Positions 1 to 9,345 of a stretch of DNA of 64,000 bases are shown here, piece after piece. The DNA is from an uncultured bacterium (GTDB lineage Bacteria; Zixibacteria; MSB-5A5; CAIYYT01). The DNA is taken from NCBI GenBank assembly GCA_963726455.1, contig CAVSCK010000004.1, positions 1,152,001-1,216,000 of the forward strand, given 5' to 3'. The number at the start of each line of letters is the position of its first letter. The stretch's first letter is position 1. The notes under the pieces are model-generated. The model was not told the DNA's origin. It did not search any database and saw nothing but the letters and a program-made list of their open reading frames with translations. A program made the position numbers and the translations under genes.

Positions 1-83
1 AGGTAGCTCTTGGTGAAGCTAAATCCCAGAATCAGCACGACCAGAACGAAACCGAATAGTATGTAACTTCGTTTCATATTCAT
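1..83 (-). CDS. 5' end of an exported or membrane protein, truncated by the window edge
   Basis: The minus strand reads MNMKRSYILFGFVLVVLILGFSFTKSYL..., a basic N-terminus plus hydrophobic core. A GAGGA RBS-like motif lies just upstream; an alternative ATG is at 77. Confidence 0.65.
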   Translation of the reverse strand, partial: MNMKRSYILFGFVLVVLILGFSFTKSY

Positions 84-196
84 TTCCTCACTCGAAAAAA
101 TCTGCCTCTTTTCCCACACCATGTCAACTAAAAGCTGTCAACTCACGCGCAACGCTAAACGACTGCAACAGCATGGCGCTACGAGCCGTAAACTTC

Positions 197-225
197 TTGA
201 CAAGGCAAATGGGAAAAAATACCTT
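197..225 (+). promoter_or_regulatory. sigma70-type promoter of the Mg2+ transport cluster
   Basis: TTGACA (197-202), 17-bp spacer, TACCTT (220-225). Confidence 0.65.
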
Positions 226-237
226 CCCTGCCTATTA

Positions 238-320
238 TCCTGGCCTTCGGGAGTTGGCACGATATGTCGGCGACAAGTAACATCGTGCCTTTATTCTGCG
301 AAGTCTGCAATCGGCCAAGA
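238..320 (+). promoter_or_regulatory. candidate structured 5' leader RNA (possible riboswitch)
   Basis: Nested pairings: TGGCC 241-245 with GGCCA 313-317; GGCACGAT 256-263 with ATCGTGCC 282-289; inner TGTC/GACA hairpin; alternative CC-TTCG-GG tetraloop. It lies between the promoter and the start codon. Confidence 0.4.
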
Positions 321-345
321 TTAACTTATCTAGTCCGGGGTTGAG

Positions 346-1656
346 ATGTACTGGATCAGCAAGAGCATACATCGGCTCGACCGCCTCAATCGTCGCATGG
401 TGATACTTTTCGCCGTGCTTGGCCCGGGCATTATCACCATGATCGCCGACAACGACGCCGGCGGCATCTCCACCTACGCTGTCACCGGATCGAAATACGG
501 TTTCAATCTGCTCTGGGTGTTTTTCATCCTGATCCCCATGGCCTACTATATACAGGAAATGACGGTCCGTCTCGGCGCCGTCACCAAGCGTGGCCATGCT
601 GAGGCCATCTTCGACGGATTCGGAAAATTCTGGGGCTGGTTTTCTATCTTCGATCTCGGCATCGTCAACTGGCTCACTCTAATCACGGAATATATAGGCA
701 TGACCGCCGCCATGAGTATGTTCGGCGTGCCGCCACTCGTAACCTGCATTGGCGTAACAGCAATCCTCATGGCCGTCGTCATGACCGGCCGCTATTGGAC
801 GTTCGAGAAGATCACCTTGGCGTTCTGCATTTTCAATCTGGTCTATATCCCTGCCGCTATCTGGGCTATGCAAACTCCCACAGCTCCCGGCTGGGGCGCC
901 GTTGCCGAAGGATTCTATTGGCCGCAGTTTCCGCAGGGAATTACGGGCGACCTGCTCTTCATCATTATGGCCAATATTGGCACCACGATTACCCCCTGGC
1001 AGATATTTTTCCAGCAAAGCGCCGTCGTCGACAAGGGACTTGATATCCATGACGTCAAATTCGGCAAGATCGACACCTTCGCCGGTTCGTTTTTTACCGG
1101 CGTGGTAGCAATCTTTATCATTATTGCCACCGGCGCCGCGTTCTTTTACCATCATCCACCAATTATCGTGCAGGATGCCTCACAGACCGCCAATGCGCTC
1201 GTGCCTTTGCTTCCCGGCCGGGAAGGCAATTGGGCCAGAATCTTATTTGCCATCGGCCTTTTTGACGCCGGGTTCCTGGGCGCACTCTGCATCTCGCTGT
1301 CGACTTCCTGGGCGGTTGGCGAGGTTTTCGGCTGGGCGCACTCGCTTAACAAAAGCGTTAAGGATGCCCCCTGGTTTTACGTGATCTATCTGCTGACACT
1401 CGGCACAGCGGCAGCAGTCGTTCTCATTCCGGGCGCGCCCCTGATAACTATTACAATGTTTGTCCAAGTGGTCGCGGTAACGCTCTTGCCTGCCGCACTG
1501 ATGTTTCTTATTCTGTTGTTGAATGACGAGCAATTGATGGGTGAGCACGTCAACACCAGATTTCAGAATATCGTGAATTGGAGCATCGTGATTTTTGTGA
1601 TTGCCATGTCAACATTGTTTGCGGTTTCGGTCTTATTTCCACAGATGTTCGGGTAG
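346..1656 (+). CDS. Nramp-related divalent cation (probably Mg2+) transporter
   Basis: About 11 TM segments. GPG...ADNDAGG motif of the Nramp-related clade in place of canonical DPGN, plus QEMTVRLG and IGTTITPWQIFFQQS. Adjacent to MgtE-domain and CorA genes. Confidence 0.88.
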   Translation: MYWISKSIHRLDRLNRRMVILFAVLGPGIITMIADNDAGGISTYAVTGSKYGFNLLWVFFILIPMAYYIQEMTVRLGAVTKRGHAEAIFDGFGKFWGWFSIFDLGIVNWLTLITEYIGMTAAMSMFGVPPLVTCIGVTAILMAVVMTGRYWTFEKITLAFCIFNLVYIPAAIWAMQTPTAPGWGAVAEGFYWPQFPQGITGDLLFIIMANIGTTITPWQIFFQQSAVVDKGLDIHDVKFGKIDTFAGSFFTGVVAIFIIIATGAAFFYHHPPIIVQDASQTANALVPLLPGREGNWARILFAIGLFDAGFLGALCISLSTSWAVGEVFGWAHSLNKSVKDAPWFYVIYLLTLGTAAAVVLIPGAPLITITMFVQVVAVTLLPAALMFLILLLNDEQLMGEHVNTRFQNIVNWSIVIFVIAMSTLFAVSVLFPQMFG

Positions 1657-1665
1657 GGTAATATC

Positions 1666-2958
1666 ATGAGCCAGCCGCGATCAAATCAGCCAGTCTCCCC
1701 CGACCCCCGTTTCGGCAGCAAGGACTTTCGCTTCTTGTTCTTCTCCGAATTGCTCAAGCGCCCGGTCTGCGCCGGCAAGATCACCAATCGCCTGGGCAAG
1801 CTTACCGATCTCGTATTCAAACTAAGCGAACATTATCCCGAGGCGGTCGGAATCTACATCGAACATGGCTGGGGCAAACCAACTGAGTTCATACCCTGGG
1901 ACAAGGTCATCAAGATAGAAAACGACGCCATCTTTGTTCACCCGCCCGACGGCGAACAATACCCTCCGTTTGTCGATCAGGTCGGCTGGACTCTGCTCAA
2001 CGACCACCTGATGGGACGCACGATCCTGGACATGGATGGCCGCAAGATCGAGGTTGTGAACGACGTCCACCTGCTGGAATCGCGCGGACGCATGATCATC
2101 GTTCATGTCGACACCTCCTTCAATGGTTTTCTCCGCAAGGTCGGGTTGGGAAAAATCCACTGGATTCGTGACCGCTTCATCTCCTGGAAATATGTCCAGC
2201 CGCTGTCTCTGGAAGATGTTTCCATGACAGACGCCGTAACTCTCTCCATCACTCGCAGCATGGTCAAAGACCTTCCGAGCGAGGATCTCGCCGACGCTTT
2301 AGAAGAACTCTCCGGCCAGGAGCAGCAGGCCTTCTTCTCGGCTTTGGATTCTGAGACCGCAGCAGACGCTCTGGTCGAGGCAGAACCACGCGTACAGCGC
2401 CAGATTATTGCCAATCTGCGACAGGAGCGTGCCCGCAAGATTCTTTCGGAAATGTCAGTGGCGCAACTGGCAGACTTATTCACCGTGCTCCCCCGCGACC
2501 ACATGATGGGCTTGATGTCCCTACTTTCCAAGGAAGACGCCGATCGCATCGAGGCCATCCTTTCCGAGCGCGAAAGCACCGCGTCCGCGCTCATGTCTAC
2601 CGAGTGTGTCACGGCTGTCGTGTCGGACCGCGTCGGCGACGTTCTGAGCACCCTGCGCAAGTCGGGCCGCGAACACGAGGAAGTCTCTTACATCTATGTC
2701 ATTAATGAGCCGGACAAACTCCTGATCGGAGTGGTTGACCTGCGCGAGCTTGTGTTAGCCAATGATGACGCCTCTATGGGCAGCATTATGACCTCGCCAG
2801 TGGTGGCTGCCGAGGCCGACGATAACCGCGAGGATCTCGCCGACATCTTCGCCAAATATCACTACCGCATGATCCCGGTTGTCTCCGAAGACCATTTGAT
2901 CGGCGTTATCCATTATAACCACATTATGAAGGGCCTGGTCACCCGGGCCAAGACGTGA
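1666..2958 (+). CDS. soluble MgtE N-terminal/CBS-pair protein with PRC-barrel-like N-terminus, no membrane domain
   Basis: DLADALEEL...AADALVE MgtE_N repeats and CBS motifs YIYVI...GVVDLREL and IPVV...IGVI. No TM segments. Confidence 0.85.
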   Translation: MSQPRSNQPVSPDPRFGSKDFRFLFFSELLKRPVCAGKITNRLGKLTDLVFKLSEHYPEAVGIYIEHGWGKPTEFIPWDKVIKIENDAIFVHPPDGEQYPPFVDQVGWTLLNDHLMGRTILDMDGRKIEVVNDVHLLESRGRMIIVHVDTSFNGFLRKVGLGKIHWIRDRFISWKYVQPLSLEDVSMTDAVTLSITRSMVKDLPSEDLADALEELSGQEQQAFFSALDSETAADALVEAEPRVQRQIIANLRQERARKILSEMSVAQLADLFTVLPRDHMMGLMSLLSKEDADRIEAILSERESTASALMSTECVTAVVSDRVGDVLSTLRKSGREHEEVSYIYVINEPDKLLIGVVDLRELVLANDDASMGSIMTSPVVAAEADDNREDLADIFAKYHYRMIPVVSEDHLIGVIHYNHIMKGLVTRAKT

Positions 2959-2966
2959 GTTGAACC

Positions 2967-3077
2967 ATGCCACGTGTCAAGACGACCAAAGGTGTTAGGA
3001 TCGCACTGTTCTTTTTGCGCATCTACCTGCTTGTGATGCTGGCGTTGATCCTGGTCAAGTTCCTGCGCGTCTTCTGA
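2967..3077 (+). CDS. 36-aa single-TM small protein, below the ORF-track cutoff
   Basis: MPRVKTTKGVRIALFFLRIYLLVMLALILVKFLRVF*. Starts 8 bp after the MgtE-domain stop; basic N-terminus and one TM helix. Confidence 0.7.
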   Translation: MPRVKTTKGVRIALFFLRIYLLVMLALILVKFLRVF

Positions 3078-3253
3078 TTTCGTCCGCGGCTTTGTTCCCG
3101 CAAATTGCCAGATTATTCCGACACATTAGCGCTTGTCCCCGCGCTTGAAACCTATTAAACTGTTGTCGCGTCGTGGAGTCGTGTTTCTGTTCGTCATTGC
3201 GAGGTACGTGGGGTGGTCAGGTGGTGTGATGGGAACGATCGAGCAATCTCAAT

Positions 3254-4222
3254 GTGCGACAACTCGGAACGCTAGACGTCAATGTCGTTGGTGAAAGCGA
3301 GTCAATCTTGCAGAAGAAATTCCAGATCGTCGGCCATTCCCTGGTTGAGTCCGAGTCCGAGGCAAGTCCGGTACTCATCGAACTTTGCCCCGACGATGAC
3401 GAAAGACGCCATCTCGTCGACACCCTCAAGATTGACGAACATACTCTTTCATCCGCTCTCGATCCCGATGAACTATCACGCGTCGAATTTGAGCCGGATC
3501 ATGTTGCACTCATTTACAAGCGCCCGCGCAGCTATAAAGCCGACGACCAGTTCCTGTTCAAGGTTGCATCGGTGGGCGCATTTCTCTTCAAAGACAAGTT
3601 AATCGTGGTGGTCGGAGAGGACGTCCCACTGGCGGATGGCCTCAAATCTGTCCACACTGGCACCCCCCGCGAGTTGGTACTTCGGCTGATTCTGCGCTCG
3701 ATACTACATTATCGTGAACACCTGAAGATCATGTCGGCTATTGCGGACGACCTTCAGGACAAGATTGCCAAGTCGATGGAAAATCGCCATCTGCTCAATC
3801 TCTTCACGCTGCAGAAGAGTCTCGTGTTCTATCTCGAATCACTGACTTCCAATACGGCGCTGCTGGACAAACTTAAGCTCAATGCCGTCAAGATCGGTTT
3901 CAGCACCGATGAAATTGAACTGCTTGACGACATCACCATCGAAAACGCGCAGTGTTTCAAGCAGGCCGAAATCTATTCCAACATTTTTGCCGGTTTGATG
4001 GACGCCCGCGCTTCTGTCGTCAGCAACAACCTCAACGTTCTGATGAAGACCCTCAACATCATCACGATCGCCATTATGGTGCCCACTTTTGTCGTCAGCG
4101 CGTTTTCGATGAACGTCCACATTCCCCTTCAGGAACACCCCTTTGCCTTCTTCATCATCATGGGTCTGGCGCTGCTATCCGTCGTGACCTTCCTCTCGTT
4201 CTGGCGCTTCCGCCGCTGGTAA
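3254..4222 (+). CDS. corA: CorA-family Mg2+/Co2+ transporter
   Basis: Two C-terminal TM helices, SNNLNVLMKTL...PT...SMNV (GMN-motif variant), and LDPDELSRVE. The start may be TTG at 3308. Confidence 0.85.
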   Translation: MRQLGTLDVNVVGESESILQKKFQIVGHSLVESESEASPVLIELCPDDDERRHLVDTLKIDEHTLSSALDPDELSRVEFEPDHVALIYKRPRSYKADDQFLFKVASVGAFLFKDKLIVVVGEDVPLADGLKSVHTGTPRELVLRLILRSILHYREHLKIMSAIADDLQDKIAKSMENRHLLNLFTLQKSLVFYLESLTSNTALLDKLKLNAVKIGFSTDEIELLDDITIENAQCFKQAEIYSNIFAGLMDARASVVSNNLNVLMKTLNIITIAIMVPTFVVSAFSMNVHIPLQEHPFAFFIIMGLALLSVVTFLSFWRFRRW

Positions 4223-4343
4223 TCAGGCCTCATTTCGCGCAAGACCACACTGCTTTCGACACAAAATACTTGACATTTGGGGCCACAAATACTTACTTGT
4301 AATTACCAGATAACTCAACCTTACCCTGTTCAGGAGTGCGCCC

Positions 4344-6590
4344 ATGAAGTCGTTTCTCTCGATTCTGCTTCTCTCCGTCGCATTCGCGTTGCTGGGTTTG
4401 ATCACGGCCTTCGCTTCCGAGCACTCCGAACTTTATGAGTACCCGTTGCCGGCCGGCTCCTCCGGCGATCATAGTCGCTTCATTCCTGGACTTTCGCTGG
4501 TAGACCAGATGAATCCAGCATCTTCAGGGTCGCGCAGCGGACCGAATCACGTACGGACTAGCTATATAGGAAGCACACTCTGGACCGGAATGGAGGACGT
4601 GGCCGTCGACAGCAATTATGCCTATTGCGGGCTGCTAAATGGTCTAATGATCATCGATATCTCCGATATTCCGAACCCGACTCTTCTGTCACAGCTCGAC
4701 TTACCCGATGGCGAGGTCAGAGGTGTGACGAAATCCGGAAACCAGTTGTACGTGGCCGATGGAACGGGAGGTCTGAAGATCGTAGACGTCAGCAATCCTG
4801 CTGTTCCCCAGCTTCTCGGGTCCGTCGACGAACCTTGGGGTGGGTATGCCTCCGATATCGAAATCTCCGGTACTATCGCTTATCTCGCCAATGGATACGA
4901 CGGGCTGATAGTCGTTGACGTCGGCAATCCTGCGACCCCGGTGACGGTCGGCCGGTATGATACTCCCGACTTCGCATGGAGCGTCAAAATTTCGGGGAAT
5001 CAAGCTTTCGTGGCCGATAGATATGGTGGAATGCTGATAATTGATATCTCCACTCCCTCGTTACCGGTTCTCCTCGGCTCGACTATCGCAGGCGTAGAGA
5101 CCTACTATAGTGGCTACATTGGAGTGGGCGTGCGAGGCAACTTTGCCTATGCGGCCTGCGGTGACACCTGCCGAGTGTTTGATGTTTCGAATCCATCGTC
5201 GCCGACACAGGTCGCTTATTTGCCTTACGGTGATTTCTTCAGCGACTTTGCGTTTCGAGACGTCTACCAGGACGAGTGGCATGCGGTCTTACTCTACACC
5301 GTCGGCGAATATGAGTACAACATCTACGACGTCACGGACCCTCTCAATCCCTTCGTGAGTAATCTCGGATACGGCCCGAACAATGATTGTTTCTATCACT
5401 TGGCTCTAACGCCGGAGTACAAATTCATTCCATGCGATTTCAGCGGTCTGTGGATCCTTCCCGGCGCGTATTTTGAAGACGCGGTGGGAACATACCATAT
5501 ACCGGGCTATATACGCGACATCGACGTGCAGGGAACCCGCATGTATGTGCTCAGTCCGGATGAGGGAGCAGTCAGGATTCTGGATGTCTCCAATCCGACG
5601 GCTCCGAATCTCCTTGGTGCGTTTCAGCTGACCGGTCCTTACATGGATATTGAACGCTACGCGTTCAGCGCCGACAAGATGTGTCTGGTTCGACATGATG
5701 GGATCCGTGACACCTTGGTGATCGTTGACGCTAGCAACCCCGGAAATATGCCCTATTATCCTTATCCAGTATCGGACTATCTGGCGGCCGTGGCAATCAA
5801 AGGAAACCGGCTCTATTTGTCAGAGTATTCAACTTCGCGTTTCCGAATTATGGACATTAGTGATCTGGAAGCGATGACCGAGATCTGCCGTTTTCAGAGC
5901 GCAGGCAGCTACAGCATGTGTTTCACTGTAGAAAATGATCTGACCTACCTCTGTACATCTCTGGGACTGGAGATCCTGAACACCAGCGACCCGTCGAATA
6001 TCGTTCAGGTCGGGACCTGTCCGATCCTCCTGGACATCCCCTGGGAAATAAAGATCCGCGACGGGAGGGCCTACATTGTAGGCTACGGCGGCTGCCAGGT
6101 GGTGGACGTGAGTAATCCGGCATCGCCGGTCACGCTCGCCGTAAGGGCTGAGCCTTTTATGCCCGGAACAATAGACATAAGTTCGGACGGCAACTTCGCT
6201 TACTTATGCGAGTACGGCAGTCAAGGCCTCGGCATTTACAGTACCAGGAGCGCTGTTCCCATGAATCTGGCCGGTCGGTACAAGCCAAGAGGCTTTGCCA
6301 CGCGGGCAATACCGATTGGTGATCTTCTGTACGTGTCCGAAGAGTATTCTGTGACGATCCTGCAGCCTGAAATGTCGACGTGCGGTGATCCGAATGGCGA
6401 CGGGGGAATCGACATCTCGGACCCTGTCTATCTGATATCTTATATCTTTGCCGGCGGACCGGCTCCCGTTGCCGGAGAAAACAGTGATGTCGACTGCAGC
6501 GGATCTATCGACATTTCTGATGTAGTTTTCTTGATCGGCTTTATATTTGGCACCGGCCTTCAGCCCTGCGCTGCCTGTAAGAGTAGCTGA
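4344..6590 (+). CDS. secreted LVIVD-repeat (beta-propeller) protein with C-terminal dockerin-like domain
   Basis: Signal peptide, many GLxIVDVSNPxxP repeats, and C-terminal CGDPNGDGGIDISDPVYLISYIFAGGPAP...DVDCSGSIDISDVVFLI. AGGAG RBS. Confidence 0.88.
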   Translation: MKSFLSILLLSVAFALLGLITAFASEHSELYEYPLPAGSSGDHSRFIPGLSLVDQMNPASSGSRSGPNHVRTSYIGSTLWTGMEDVAVDSNYAYCGLLNGLMIIDISDIPNPTLLSQLDLPDGEVRGVTKSGNQLYVADGTGGLKIVDVSNPAVPQLLGSVDEPWGGYASDIEISGTIAYLANGYDGLIVVDVGNPATPVTVGRYDTPDFAWSVKISGNQAFVADRYGGMLIIDISTPSLPVLLGSTIAGVETYYSGYIGVGVRGNFAYAACGDTCRVFDVSNPSSPTQVAYLPYGDFFSDFAFRDVYQDEWHAVLLYTVGEYEYNIYDVTDPLNPFVSNLGYGPNNDCFYHLALTPEYKFIPCDFSGLWILPGAYFEDAVGTYHIPGYIRDIDVQGTRMYVLSPDEGAVRILDVSNPTAPNLLGAFQLTGPYMDIERYAFSADKMCLVRHDGIRDTLVIVDASNPGNMPYYPYPVSDYLAAVAIKGNRLYLSEYSTSRFRIMDISDLEAMTEICRFQSAGSYSMCFTVENDLTYLCTSLGLEILNTSDPSNIVQVGTCPILLDIPWEIKIRDGRAYIVGYGGCQVVDVSNPASPVTLAVRAEPFMPGTIDISSDGNFAYLCEYGSQGLGIYSTRSAVPMNLAGRYKPRGFATRAIPIGDLLYVSEEYSVTILQPEMSTCGDPNGDGGIDISDPVYLISYIFAGGPAPVAGENSDVDCSGSIDISDVVFLIGFIFGTGLQPCAACKSS

Positions 6591-6682
6591 TACGAAACTG
6601 TGTGTTTGCGGAGCACAGAGGTAACTGAGTAGTCTGCCTATTGCAACTTTAAGGTAATTACACCGCCGGCAGGAGGAAACCT

Positions 6683-8926
6683 GTGAAACCCTATCAGTCG
6701 ATCTGTTCAGTTGCAGCAGCCATTCTGGTCGTGAGCTATGTCGCCGGGGCACAGGAACCTGACGCAGCAGGGCGCTATGAATATCCACGGAAACCTTCAC
6801 TGACTGGCTTTCCGGACAGACCGTCTCGGAGCCTTCTCGAGGAGAGTTTCGGCGAGACAGCTACGCCCCCGAGAGAAGCCGGCGCCAATCACGTCCGCAC
6901 AACCTACTTTGGAAGCACACTCTGGACAGGGATGGAGGATGTGGCCCTTCAGGGCAACTATGCGTACTGCGGTCTTGCCAACGGCATTCAAATTATCGAC
7001 ATCGCCGACAAAACCAACCCGGGGTTGGTGTCGCAACTCGACCTTCCTCGTGGACAGGTCAGAGGCGTCACCATTTCCGAAAATCGATTGTACGTCGCCG
7101 ACGGCCCGGGCGGTCTGAAAATCGTTGACATCAGCAATCCCGCCAATCCCCAACTGCTCGGCTCGGTCGATATTCCGGCTGACGGCTATGCCTGCGATGT
7201 CGAAGTTGCGGGTAATTTTGCCTATCTCGCCGACGGCTTCGATGGACTCAGAGCCATTGACATCTGTAATCCAGCGGCTCCCGCCATGGTGGGAAGGTAC
7301 GATACGCCGGATTACGCCACGAGCGTCTGGCTATCGGGGAGCAATGCGTATGTCGCTGACCAATACTATGGATTGCAGATCATCGGCATCACCAATCCCT
7401 TCTCGCTTACTCTGGTTGGCTCTGATACCGTTGGAGCTATGGATTACTTTGGTCGTTACATGGGTGTCAGAGTGAGAGACAACTATGCCTATGCTGCCTG
7501 CTTTGAATCGTTCAGGATATTTGACGTGACCAACCCAGCATCACCGCATCAGGTCAAGCAGATCAGTAGTAATGGTTTCTTTATAGACATGGATTTCGTA
7601 GAGTTTAGTGACGAATACCAAACCTGGAAACTCCTCTATACTGCCGGTTGGGGCTATATTACGAAATTCGACATCACCGACCCGATTAATACTCATGCTG
7701 ATAACACCTTGGTCGGAGACCTCGATAGCCCTTTTGATCATCTGGTCGTGACCCCGGATTACCTTCTCGCCCCCCGAAGATATACCGGTCTGTGGATCGC
7801 TGGACACAACTTCTACGACTTTTACAGCAACCCAATTGGTCAGTACAAGACGGCGGCTCAAAACCGGGACCTCGCTGTCGAGGGTAATCGAGCGTACGTT
7901 GTCATGCCTGATGAAGGGGTGCAGATTCTCGACATCTCTAATCCGGAATCCCCGACTCCTCTTGGATTCTATTCAATATGCGAAGATCCTTGGAATTCCA
8001 TCGAACGCTACGCTTTTGACGGCAACAGAATGTGCTTGGTCATACATGCCCTTCAGGACACGCTACATATTGTTGACGCAACTGATCCGCTCAATATGTC
8101 CTATTTTTCCTATCCGGTTACGAACTACCTGGCTGCCGTAGCGATCAAAGGCGACAGGGTATACTTGTCAGAATACCGCATTGGTTCTCTGCGTATCCTT
8201 GACATTTCTGACCCGGAGGCCGCAACCGTTGTCGGCGTCTACCAGAGTTCTGCCCCCACTGCTATGGTCCTCGCAGTCCAGGACAGTCTGGTGTACCTAT
8301 GCACGACGTCGGGGCTGGAAATTCTTAACACCAGCGACCCGGCGAATATCGTGCGGATCGGTTTTTGCCCCAAATTGCTGGATACGCCGTACGATATCAA
8401 AATTCATGATCAACGGGCTTACATGGTCGGCACAGGCGGCTGCCAGATCGTTGACATCAGCAATCCGACGTCGCCTATGAACCTGGCTTTGCGTGATGAC
8501 ATCATAGCACCGGCGATTGACATCAGTGCAGACGGCAATTTCGCATACGTGGGCGCCGTCGAACATGGTGTCGGCATCTACCAGATCACAAGTCCGGTAC
8601 CACTGAATCAGGCCGGCCATTATACTGTCCCCGGTTACGCCTGGCGTGCTGTTCCGATTGGCAATCTCTTCTATGTGGTCGACGAAAATTCTCTTACGAT
8701 CGTGCGCACCGAGATGGCCACCTGCGGCGACCCCAACGGTGACGGCGGCACCGACATCTCCGATCCAGTATACTTGATATCTTACATCTTCGGAGGCGGA
8801 CCGGCTCCCGCTGCCGGAGAAAACAGTGATGTCGACTGCAGCGGATCCGTCGACATTTCTGATGTAGTTTTTTTGATCGGCTTTATATTTGGCACCGGCC
8901 TTCAGCCTTGCGAGCACTGCAAATAG
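6683..8926 (+). CDS. tandem paralog of the LVIVD-repeat dockerin-like protein
   Basis: Same architecture, colinear with the previous gene (e.g. GSTLWTGMEDVA). AGGAGG RBS before a GTG start. Confidence 0.88.
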   Translation: MKPYQSICSVAAAILVVSYVAGAQEPDAAGRYEYPRKPSLTGFPDRPSRSLLEESFGETATPPREAGANHVRTTYFGSTLWTGMEDVALQGNYAYCGLANGIQIIDIADKTNPGLVSQLDLPRGQVRGVTISENRLYVADGPGGLKIVDISNPANPQLLGSVDIPADGYACDVEVAGNFAYLADGFDGLRAIDICNPAAPAMVGRYDTPDYATSVWLSGSNAYVADQYYGLQIIGITNPFSLTLVGSDTVGAMDYFGRYMGVRVRDNYAYAACFESFRIFDVTNPASPHQVKQISSNGFFIDMDFVEFSDEYQTWKLLYTAGWGYITKFDITDPINTHADNTLVGDLDSPFDHLVVTPDYLLAPRRYTGLWIAGHNFYDFYSNPIGQYKTAAQNRDLAVEGNRAYVVMPDEGVQILDISNPESPTPLGFYSICEDPWNSIERYAFDGNRMCLVIHALQDTLHIVDATDPLNMSYFSYPVTNYLAAVAIKGDRVYLSEYRIGSLRILDISDPEAATVVGVYQSSAPTAMVLAVQDSLVYLCTTSGLEILNTSDPANIVRIGFCPKLLDTPYDIKIHDQRAYMVGTGGCQIVDISNPTSPMNLALRDDIIAPAIDISADGNFAYVGAVEHGVGIYQITSPVPLNQAGHYTVPGYAWRAVPIGNLFYVVDENSLTIVRTEMATCGDPNGDGGTDISDPVYLISYIFGGGPAPAAGENSDVDCSGSVDISDVVFLIGFIFGTGLQPCEHCK

Positions 8927-8973
8927 CCAAAATGCAAGGGCTCCCTCTCAGGCGCCCTTCCCATATTCTCTGA

Positions 8974-8996
8974 GTAGTGGCGCACGGCAGTGCGCC
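8974..8996 (+). repeat. dispersed single copy of the REP family flanking the RAYT at 13957
   Basis: GTAG-T-GGCGCAC-GGCA-GTGCGCC matches the array unit GTAGTCGCGCACGGCAGTGCGCC. Confidence 0.8.
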
Positions 8997-9018
8997 TCTC
9001 ACCAAACTCGCGACGGAA

Positions 9019-9240
9019 CTACATCTTCTTCCCCTTCAACTCCGCAATTCGTTCCTCCACCGCCTCCAGTTCCAGTTTCAATTCGGCGCGGTAACCTTCG
9101 AGCACCGCCAACTCTTCTTTGTGCGTCATGTATTGGCGCTGAAATCCCGCCTCATGACCGCACTCACATTCACATCCACAGCCATCATGCTCGTGCTCGT
9201 GACAGCCGCATTCTGACTCAGTTTTGTTCTTATGCATCAC
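9019..9240 (-). CDS. small Cys/His-rich protein with C-terminal coiled coil (DUF5320-like)
   Basis: ECGCHEHEHDGCGCECECGH followed by EELAVLEGYRAELKLELEAVEERIAEL. GGAG RBS. Confidence 0.7.
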   Translation of the reverse strand: MMHKNKTESECGCHEHEHDGCGCECECGHEAGFQRQYMTHKEELAVLEGYRAELKLELEAVEERIAELKGKKM

Positions 9241-9285
9241 GTCTCCATTTCCTATTCAAGACCTGCTGTAACTTTCGCGTTTCTT

Positions 9286-9324
9286 CCTCCCATCGCCCCT
9301 TGGGAGAGGGGTCGGGGGTGAGGG
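9286..9324. repeat. CCC...GGGAGAGGG..GGGGTGAGGG-type dispersed palindromic repeat; related copy at 15343-15378
   Basis: cctcccatcgccccttgggagaggggtcgggggtgaggg here, and cccctcgcccatcaggagaagggtaagaggcgaggg upstream of hutU. Confidence 0.45.
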
Positions 9325-9345
9325 TGCTGGATGGTCGATGCCGTT

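Noticed and set aside
238-400. Canonical M-box riboswitch
   Set aside because: The context fits and the minus strand has a loosely similar GTGCCAACTCCCGAAGG, but the conserved 5' signature is not visible on either strand. Left as an unassigned leader.
6453-8912. DGR template/variable repeat pair
   Set aside because: Four of five mismatches are C/T on the coding strand and fall in both directions, both copies are coding, and there is no reverse transcriptase in the window.
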